This document shows, in pieces, positions 1 through 7,735 of a stretch of 32,000 nucleotides of DNA. The position numbers and the translations under genes are program-made. The DNA is from Staphylothermus hellenicus DSM 12710. GTDB taxonomy: Archaea; Thermoproteota; Thermoprotei_A; Sulfolobales; Desulfurococcaceae. The stretch spans positions 780,001 through 812,000 of the forward strand of contig NC_014205.1 of NCBI RefSeq assembly GCF_000092465.1, written 5' to 3'. Each line of letters begins with the position of its first letter. Position 1 is the stretch's first letter. The notes below the pieces were generated by a model. That model saw nothing but the letters and a program-made list of their open reading frames with translations. It was not told the DNA's origin and did not search any database.

Positions 1-1061
1 TATATGATCAAGGAGTGAGAAAAAGCTTTTATTTCCTATGGAGCGGTGCAGGAATGCATTTTAGAATTAATGAGAACTGCTTCAATAAATCAATACAAGA
101 ACATCACCCACTAGATATCGCGTTCGCTGTAACAGAGTATATATTAGAAAAGCTAAAACCCCAACTACTCGAAGCAGTAAAGCTTTCAAACTATTCCATA
201 AAGATCGAGAATCTTGTAGCTATGAAACGTGTATTTACAGCTCCCCTAAGCCTTCATCGCAGACTAGATAAAGTAGCTGTTCCTTTAGAGCCTGGTCAAC
301 TCGAAGAATTCAGTATTGAATGGGCTAATCCCTCCAATCCAAGATATAGTATTGATGCTTGGAAAAACTATGTTGTTGGAGAATGCGATAATCTAGCATA
401 TAAAGCACTTAATACTGTGGGTAAAGCAGTGAAGAGAACATTATTGGAGGCAAGAGCTGCAAAGATAGGTATAGAATCAGGTAAACAATTAAAACAACCT
501 GTTCAAACACAAGTATCAAGCAAAACTGGTCCCGGGAGATTTCCTGTTATGGCACTTCTCCAAGCAGCAAGATACTATGTATTATACAAAGACGTTGACC
601 GCGCTAAAAGTTTTGGATTAAACCGTGCAATATTCTATGCATGGGCAAAATACTATGGACCATCTAAGAGGCCCTTCTCCAAAGCATCTCATCATAGAAT
701 ATATGGTGCGAAAATATCTGAGCCTACAAAATGGGAAGAGGTAGCCGGCGAAAAAGTTCAGATTAGCCCTAGAAAACTCTATGTTATGGGCGGAGTAGAG
801 CAGAGACCAGAAGATTTTGATAGATATGTTGCCCGAAGATTTGAGGAGGCAGGAATACCTTTTGAAGAAGCATGGAGGAAAGCATTAGAATACGTTAAAA
901 AATTTCCTAGAACAATACTCTTGGATCCCCGGCTCTTCTATAAAGAAGTATATGAGCCCGTTCGAGACCAGTTCATAGATAAGATCATTAAAAGAAGATA
1001 TGAGAAGAAAACAACCGGACTAGATAAATGGATAAGAATCAATAACAGAGAAGAAGAATAA
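1..1061 (+). CDS. priS: DNA primase small (catalytic) subunit PriS-like AEP protein, 5'-partial, with a long helical C-terminal extension
   Basis: The frame of ORF 15..1061 stays open back to base 3 (YDQG before the GTG), so the gene probably starts upstream of the window. 'YFLWSGAGMHFRI' (nt 42-59 = SGAGMH) fits AEP primase motif II (SGxxGxH). 'APLSLHRRLDKVAVPL' (nt 243-257 = PLSLH) fits the conserved R-x-P-x-SLH-x-K segment after motif III of archaeal PriS. About 265 aa follow this segment, against roughly 90 aa as I recall Sulfolobus PriS. Confidence 0.5.
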   Translation, partial: YDQGVRKSFYFLWSGAGMHFRINENCFNKSIQEHHPLDIAFAVTEYILEKLKPQLLEAVKLSNYSIKIENLVAMKRVFTAPLSLHRRLDKVAVPLEPGQLEEFSIEWANPSNPRYSIDAWKNYVVGECDNLAYKALNTVGKAVKRTLLEARAAKIGIESGKQLKQPVQTQVSSKTGPGRFPVMALLQAARYYVLYKDVDRAKSFGLNRAIFYAWAKYYGPSKRPFSKASHHRIYGAKISEPTKWEEVAGEKVQISPRKLYVMGGVEQRPEDFDRYVARRFEEAGIPFEEAWRKALEYVKKFPRTILLDPRLFYKEVYEPVRDQFIDKIIKRRYEKKTTGLDKWIRINNREEE

Positions 1062-1140
1062 AAGATACCTATGAAAATCTTTATTCGAGAAATGGAAGCT
1101 AAATTCTCTACTAGCAACTATAATTTTAGCAGATAGTATA

Positions 1141-1923
1141 ATGGGTGAAAACAAAATGTTGAAAATAATAGTGTCGAAAACTGCTGATCTTCTTGCGAAA
1201 CTATATGATATGTTTAACGCTCCTAATACTTATGAAAATTTACCTGTCCATGTTTTAAGTATTAATGGCTTATCTGAAACTTTCTATTATGGATATGTTT
1301 TTGATAAGGAGAACTTGTGGGATAAATTATTTGATGTATTGATAAATAAACAACAAGATAATATGGTAAAACATTATCTAAGCCTACTCGACAAAATAAA
1401 TATTTACAACTGGAAACTCATTGAAAAAGAACTTGAAGTATTCAGCGGTAAATTCAAGGAAACATATTCCAGCTATAGATCTAAGATAAACAAGTTTTTG
1501 GGAAAAATATTAAGAATCAATAAGTTCTTTAAAGAAGAATATATGATTCTATCATTTAATCCATTCAAGGAATTAATAGGTGCTGTTCCAAGAATAAATA
1601 TTGATCTAGAATATGCTGTGATAACCTTATTTGTTAGACCTGATTCTAACCCGTTAAAAGCTCTTGATCTATACCTTCACGAGCTTATTCATGGATTATT
1701 AAGGCTTAATAATATTAGAATTAGAGAAGATGTAGAAGAAGAGTTCATAGATACATTGTGTCCTGAAGGATACTTATCTAAAGAACTGGGATTAAGTAAT
1801 ACAGTAAATGTTAACGAAGGAAATCTTCAAGCATATATTGCTTCTTATTTTGAAGAGAAATTATATGAGAAAATTGATTTACTAAGCTACTTAGAGAGGA
1901 GAGGCAGTGTTCACTATATCTAA
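1141..1923 (+). CDS. hypothetical protein with HExxH motif (possible zinc metallopeptidase-like)
   Basis: 260-aa ORF with an ATG start. It has a single 'HELIH' motif (nt 1678-1692) in the context LYLHELIHGLLRL. No other family signature recognised. Confidence 0.6.
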   Translation: MGENKMLKIIVSKTADLLAKLYDMFNAPNTYENLPVHVLSINGLSETFYYGYVFDKENLWDKLFDVLINKQQDNMVKHYLSLLDKINIYNWKLIEKELEVFSGKFKETYSSYRSKINKFLGKILRINKFFKEEYMILSFNPFKELIGAVPRINIDLEYAVITLFVRPDSNPLKALDLYLHELIHGLLRLNNIRIREDVEEEFIDTLCPEGYLSKELGLSNTVNVNEGNLQAYIASYFEEKLYEKIDLLSYLERRGSVHYI

Positions 1924-2001
1924 TTGTCAAATAAACTATTTTTACAAATAAGCCGTATTCCACAATAAGAATTATATTTTGTTCAAACTATTATTTTTGA
2001 C

Positions 2002-3318
2002 TTGAAATCATCAAAGACAGTATGGGAAAAGACTATGAGTAAAGAGTACATGTTTGCTACGAAGAAAATCTATCATCACATGGATCTAGATAGGTTTTAT
2101 CAATTAGTTAGAGAACATGTTAAACAAACAAGAATAATAGAAATAGACGTGAAAAAATCACTGAACCATGTTCTCGCCGAAAATATTTATTCACCATATG
2201 ACAGACCATTATTTGATCTAAGCCATGCAGATGGATTCGCTGTAAGATACGATGATATAAAACATGCTAGTAAAGATAACCCTGTCAAGCTTAGTATAGT
2301 TAGAGATGTAAATTCTAGGAAAGCCAATGATTACGTATTGAAAAGCGGTGAAGCAGTTTTCGTTGAGACAGGTTATCCATTACCATTGGGTGCAGATACT
2401 GTTATCCCGATCGAGGAAACAATTGTTAAGAATGAATATGTTTATATTAAGAAGCCTCATCCAAAGTTTTCACATGTTTTTACGCGGGGAAGTGATTATA
2501 GTAGGGGAGAACTGGTTTTCAGTAAAGGTATGAGAATTACTCCATTCATGCTGAAAACACTGTTAGATCTAGGAGTTGATAGGGTGAGAGTACATGATAA
2601 ACCACTTGTAGCATTGTTTAGTGTTGGAGACGAACTTGTTGATGAACCATTCGATCCGGTTAATTGGAAACTACCTACCTCTACTCGTTTCCTAGATAAA
2701 TATGCTATAGAATATTATGGCGGAATAATTATTAGAGAAGAAAAATTACCAGATGATCCAAACATTATTGTTGAAGTAATCAAGAATGTTATTGATAAAG
2801 CAGATATTATTGTGACAATAGGCGGAGTATCAATGGGTCCCAGAGACTATTCTTGGATCAGCCTCTATGAAGCATTTAAACCATTACATTATTGGAGGGG
2901 TCTAAAAATGCATCCAGCAAGGTCAACAAGTGGTTTAATAATAGACGGTAAGCCTATAATTAATCAGCCAGGTCTCCATCAATCCAGCTTATCAGCTTTA
3001 ATACTCGTGGTAACACCTATTCTAAACCATGTTCAGGGACAAATACTTGAACCTAGATATCCATGTGTTAATTTATCATTAACAAATAAGTATGTGGAGA
3101 ACAAGTATATTGACCATTATAGAGTGCGGCCTGTTGAGATACAGGGTTCTAAATGTGAAGTAATCGATTTGAAAGGATCATATTATCTCTCACCATTAAA
3201 TATGAGTGATGGATTCACAATATTGAAGCCGGGGACAAGAGAGATTAATGCTGGAGAGGAGATTAGGGTCTGCTTCTACGAGCCAATACATAAATCATAT
3301 AATGCACCAACTATGTGA
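2002..3318 (+). CDS. moeA: MoeA-like molybdopterin molybdenum/tungsten transferase (divergent paralogue)
   Basis: Length of 438 aa fits MoeA. 'LSHADGFAV' corresponds to the MoeA N-terminal R-S-x-x-DG-[YF]-AV motif. 'GYPLPLGADTVIPIEE' and 'TIGGVSMGPRDY' match the MoeA core. The track start is TTG 2002; the true start may be ATG 2035 (MSKEY...). Confidence 0.8.
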   Translation: MKSSKTVWEKTMSKEYMFATKKIYHHMDLDRFYQLVREHVKQTRIIEIDVKKSLNHVLAENIYSPYDRPLFDLSHADGFAVRYDDIKHASKDNPVKLSIVRDVNSRKANDYVLKSGEAVFVETGYPLPLGADTVIPIEETIVKNEYVYIKKPHPKFSHVFTRGSDYSRGELVFSKGMRITPFMLKTLLDLGVDRVRVHDKPLVALFSVGDELVDEPFDPVNWKLPTSTRFLDKYAIEYYGGIIIREEKLPDDPNIIVEVIKNVIDKADIIVTIGGVSMGPRDYSWISLYEAFKPLHYWRGLKMHPARSTSGLIIDGKPIINQPGLHQSSLSALILVVTPILNHVQGQILEPRYPCVNLSLTNKYVENKYIDHYRVRPVEIQGSKCEVIDLKGSYYLSPLNMSDGFTILKPGTREINAGEEIRVCFYEPIHKSYNAPTM

Positions 3319-3328
3319 GGATTAAGAA

Positions 3329-4093
3329 TTGAGTATTCTAGAAATAGATGAAGCAATCCGCCACTATGCTTTATCACTAATAAATGATTACGGCATAGAC
3401 CCATATGAAAGAGTTATTTGTTATCCAAAAACAGGACATGATCTTGGATTGCCTAGTGAAGAATATGTGTTGATTAGGGGTCCCGAGATACTGTTAACAT
3501 GTATTTATCATGGATATATTGGGCAAGCATTCACTGTTTCGCCCCGAGAGTATAGTGGGAGAGTGATTGACGTATTAAATATGGATTTAGGAGAAATAAG
3601 TAACCGAGGAGTATTCTATGCATTTCTAAACGCTCTATTCCGTAGCCTAGGCCTAGTCGATAAGACTGTGCATTGTAGATCATATGAGCCGGTTAAATGT
3701 GGTATGAAACTTGCAAACCACATAATAGCTAAATACGGTGTTGGCAAGCGTGTTCTACACATAGGTTATCAGCCTGGACATGTAGAGTATCTAGCATATA
3801 TTCTTAAAGACAATCTACTAGTTACTGATCTAAGAAACGATACTGTTTGGAGAAGTAAATATGGTAGACTAGTATATGATGGATTATTTAATGAAAACTA
3901 TATTGGAGTATCAGACATTGTCTTAGTTACAGCTAGTAGTATTGTTAATAAAAGCTTCTGGAACATCATTAGTAAAGCATATTTACTGGGCAAGAAAACC
4001 TATTTATACGGAGTATCAGCGTCTGCAATCACTTATTTCTTAAACAAGTATACCCCATTTAAGATCAATGTTTTCTGCCCCTATGCTAAATAA
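3329..4093 (+). CDS. DUF364/DUF4213-like Rossmann-fold protein (putative heavy-metal chelation family)
   Basis: 254 aa with a TTG start 10 nt after the moeA stop, suggesting coupled expression. 'RVLHIGYQPGHVEYL...LLVTDL' followed by 'SDIVLVTASSIVNKSFWNII...KTYLYGVSA' matches the remembered DUF364 pattern (short Rossmann strand, then D-h-h-h-h-T-G/A-S-T/S-h-V-N). Assigned from memory of the family, not from a search. Confidence 0.5.
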   Translation: MSILEIDEAIRHYALSLINDYGIDPYERVICYPKTGHDLGLPSEEYVLIRGPEILLTCIYHGYIGQAFTVSPREYSGRVIDVLNMDLGEISNRGVFYAFLNALFRSLGLVDKTVHCRSYEPVKCGMKLANHIIAKYGVGKRVLHIGYQPGHVEYLAYILKDNLLVTDLRNDTVWRSKYGRLVYDGLFNENYIGVSDIVLVTASSIVNKSFWNIISKAYLLGKKTYLYGVSASAITYFLNKYTPFKINVFCPYAK

Positions 4094-4255
4094 TTATATT
4101 CTAGAATAATTGATAATAGCTAGTATAAGGTGTTTGAACATGCTACCTAAAGAGTGGATAGATTACTTCTTCTATCAAAGAATAAGAGTTATAGAGAAAC
4201 TATGTGTTAATAGGAGACCACCCAGTAATTTCCTAGTAGAATTTACAAGGACAAC

Positions 4256-4277
4256 GCCAGCTGTGATCACAGATGGC
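4256..4277. repeat. 22-nt near-perfect palindrome GCCAGCTGTGA|TCACAGATGGC
   Basis: Read directly from the sequence: 10 of 11 positions pair about the centre (one G/A mismatch). It lies in the gene-poor gap, inside the weak 68-aa ORF. Confidence 0.9.
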
Positions 4278-4364
4278 CCTCAAGGATTAAGTGGTAGTAT
4301 TAAGATGGTGGGCTGAAACGTGTGATGTTGCTTTTGTATTGTTTATTATTTTGTTTCACCATAA

Positions 4365-4373
4365 TTTTTATAT
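4365..4373 (+). promoter_or_regulatory. TATA-box-like element (TTTTTATAT) upstream of the GC-rich RNA candidate
   Basis: An archaeal TATA consensus-like A/T element. Its centre is about 26-30 nt upstream of the point where GC content rises and where ATGATGA begins (4399). Confidence 0.3.
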
Positions 4374-4396
4374 GTGTGTTTGTCTAGTGTAATCTT

Positions 4397-4590
4397 TGAT
4401 GATGAGGTTTTAGATCCCGCGCCCGATATGTAGGGTAAGATTAAGCCTGAATGGGCGCGGGGTTATGAAGCATCGAAGATGTGGGGAGCCATCCGTTCCC
4501 CCCGAAAGCTCCTCGATGAAGATGGGAGAGGGGAAGGCTAGCCGTAACAATAATAAATACATATAACAAAAGTTACGGCTAGCCAGAACG
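4397..4590 (+). ncRNA. candidate structured non-coding RNA of unknown class (GC-rich island with three hairpins)
   Basis: Hand count for 4411-4550 is 78/140 G+C (about 56%), against 21/80 (about 26%) for 4321-4400. Helices: CCGCGCCC (4417-4424) pairs with GGGCGCGG (4453-4460). CATCGA (4471-4476) pairs with TCGATG (4513-4518), enclosing GGAGC (4485-4489) paired with GCTCC (4508-4512). GGCTAGCCGTAAC (4536-4548) pairs with GTTACGGCTAGCC (4572-4584). The strand is chosen from the upstream TATA-like box; the ends are approximate. Confidence 0.5.
4536..4584. repeat. perfect 13-bp inverted repeat with a 23-nt A/T-rich loop
   Basis: GGCTAGCCGTAAC, then aataataaatacatataacaaaa, then GTTACGGCTAGCC, read directly. 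Confidence 0.95.
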
Positions 4591-4858
4591 GTTTAAGCAT
4601 AGCTGGGAAAATATTAAAGTTACACATAAAGCTACATTATTATTCTACACTCCTCCTGAGACTAGTTTTGAGGTTAGAACTGTTGTTGAAATACACGATG
4701 AAGACGGTGATCTATATAAGAAGTTTCTTAACAGCATACATGATTTATTTCATTGGAGCGGGGAGAAAAGTAGTTATCCAGCATATGTTTTCAAAATAGT
4801 TGAGATATACAATAATTCTGCTACAAGAAATGGTTTTGGGAGAAAAATTTATCCATAA
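4583..4858 (+). pseudogene. 91-codon open frame with no ATG/GTG/TTG start (gene remnant or non-canonically initiated small protein)
   Basis: Manual translation from the in-frame TAG at 4580-4582 to the TAA at 4856-4858 gives PERFKHSWENIKVTHKATLLFYTPPETSFEVRTVVEIHDEDGDLYKKFLNSIHDLFHWSGEKSSYPAYVFKIVEIYNNSATRNGFGRKIYP. The composition is protein-like, but there is no canonical initiator and no SD-like GGTG upstream. Confidence 0.3.
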
Positions 4859-4860
4859 CT

Positions 4861-6291
<1,431 letters not shown>

Positions 6292-6569
6292 CTAATACAT
6301 ACTATTCATATTGCCATATATCTTTAAGATCGTGGAGGGATATGTTTTTCGTTGAATAGGATAGGAATGAAAGGAACTCTATATTGCAGAGTAGATGAAA
6401 TCGAAGACTATTGTAAATGATGATATATGGATCGTTAGCTCCTAGTTAGAAATAAGTTAAATCTATTGGATACTATTTTATAGCTGGTTTTATTACAGCA
6501 TTTAATTCTTTAGCTAAACATAAAACATAATATATTAACAAGCAAAGAATAAATGAAAGATGGAGAGAA

Positions 6570-7610
6570 ATGACTAATTGGGCCGTGATAGTAATTATTC
6601 TTCTTACATTATTAATATTGATTATATTTATTGTTCTCTTCCCAACAATAATGATTTTCCTACCAGCTAGAAACACGAGCAGCACCAATATTGACACTAA
6701 TACTACCACTAATACTACTTCTCCAGAGTATCTCGAGGAAATGCCGAGGGATGTAATAATCATTGTTAAGAGGCCATTAGAGGAATGGAAGCAAATGTAT
6801 CTACAATACCTGAACATCACGTATTACCAAGACATATATATTTATAATTTGAGTCTCGACGCCCCCGAGGAAATCTACTTTCATGATCTCATAGAGATCA
6901 TAAAAAATGCTGACAATGATACGTATGTATTGGAGCTTAACGGATACGATCCTAATAATAAGAGAGTTGACAATATACATGTAAAGGTTTACATACCAAT
7001 GTTTGTTTTGAGGATTTTAAACGATATTAAGCTTGGGGACGCACCACCCGCACTTGATCCTGTAATGTATAGTATTGGCCAGGCAATAAGGTTTTATGTA
7101 TACAATACTGCATCGCCTAAATGGAACTATACTGATTACAGGATAACACATATTATTTGCACCATTGTTGAGAACAGAATGGAGTATGGGAGGAGAGCAT
7201 GGATTCATCCACTAATATTGCTTATTGATGGTTATGGTGTGTGCCGCCACCAAACAATTGTTGCTAATTCCCTATTATCCGCTTCAGGTCTATGGAGTGC
7301 AGACATAGTTATTCCAAATATTAGCCATGTCCGAACAGGTGTGCATGTGGAAAAGTTTCCACCAAATGTTAATCCTCCTAATCCCTACATTGTTACCTTT
7401 AAGCTCAACAATGAAACATATAATATAACGTTCTATGCATGCGATGTTACGTGGAGAACAGGTTTCATAGATAAGGAGCTAAACTCTGAAGTTTCCACCA
7501 TATACTTACCCGTGGATCAATTTATTGAAGAACTGAAAAAACATGGCATAATAGTTGATTATCCAGAATTAGAGCCAATTATAAAAATACAGATAATACA
7601 GCCTCCATAA
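6570..7610 (+). CDS. membrane-anchored extracellular protein, possible transglutaminase-like cysteine protease fold
   Basis: N-terminal TM segment (WAVIVIILLTLLILIIFIVLF), then an Asn/Thr-rich linker (NTSSTNIDTNTTTNTTS). A candidate Cys-His-Asp arrangement is 'GYGVCRHQTIVANSLL', 'SHVRTGVHV', 'YACDVTW'. The fold assignment is tentative. Confidence 0.6.
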   Translation: MTNWAVIVIILLTLLILIIFIVLFPTIMIFLPARNTSSTNIDTNTTTNTTSPEYLEEMPRDVIIIVKRPLEEWKQMYLQYLNITYYQDIYIYNLSLDAPEEIYFHDLIEIIKNADNDTYVLELNGYDPNNKRVDNIHVKVYIPMFVLRILNDIKLGDAPPALDPVMYSIGQAIRFYVYNTASPKWNYTDYRITHIICTIVENRMEYGRRAWIHPLILLIDGYGVCRHQTIVANSLLSASGLWSADIVIPNISHVRTGVHVEKFPPNVNPPNPYIVTFKLNNETYNITFYACDVTWRTGFIDKELNSEVSTIYLPVDQFIEELKKHGIIVDYPELEPIIKIQIIQPP

Positions 7611-7735
7611 AAGTAAAAATAAAATTGTTTTATTACCAAAATCTTCTATCACTTACATACATTGCAGCAATTTTTGAGACCGAACATCGTAGAGGATAAA
7701 CTGAGGATTATTAGAATTAAACTTGAAACATCTAG

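Noticed and set aside
4110-4316. 68-aa plus-strand ORF after the DUF364-like gene
   Set aside because: It is short, has a TTG start and no motif, and contains a 22-nt palindrome that looks more like a nucleic-acid signal than coding sequence. It is kept only as a possible N-terminal gene remnant (see the finding at 4583-4858).
4399-4450. Possible C/D box sRNA: perfect C box ATGATGA (4399-4405) and D box CTGA (4447-4450), 52 nt apart, just downstream of the TATA-like box
   Set aside because: There are no acceptable internal D' or C' boxes at the required spacing of about 12 nt (CGCG/CCGA and ATGTAGG are poor matches). There is no terminal stem, and the interior is occupied by an 8-bp G/C helix that extends beyond the D box. 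I treat it as part of the larger RNA candidate rather than calling a C/D sRNA.
4397-4590. Identification of the GC-rich island as tRNA, RNase P RNA, SRP RNA or a Moco-type riboswitch
   Set aside because: There is no cloverleaf or GTTCRAATC T-loop on either strand. There is no GAGGAAAGUCC (CR-I); only a loose resemblance of CAGAACGGTTTAAGC to CR-V. It is too short and lacks end-to-end pairing for SRP RNA. I cannot recall the Moco riboswitch consensus well enough to claim it, and it is not known from archaea.
6473-6820. 115-aa hydrophobic minus-strand ORF overlapping the start of the 6570-7610 gene
   Set aside because: Its hydrophobicity mirrors the antisense of the TM/Thr-rich region of the plus-strand gene. 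The plus-strand ORF is three times longer and has a coherent domain layout.
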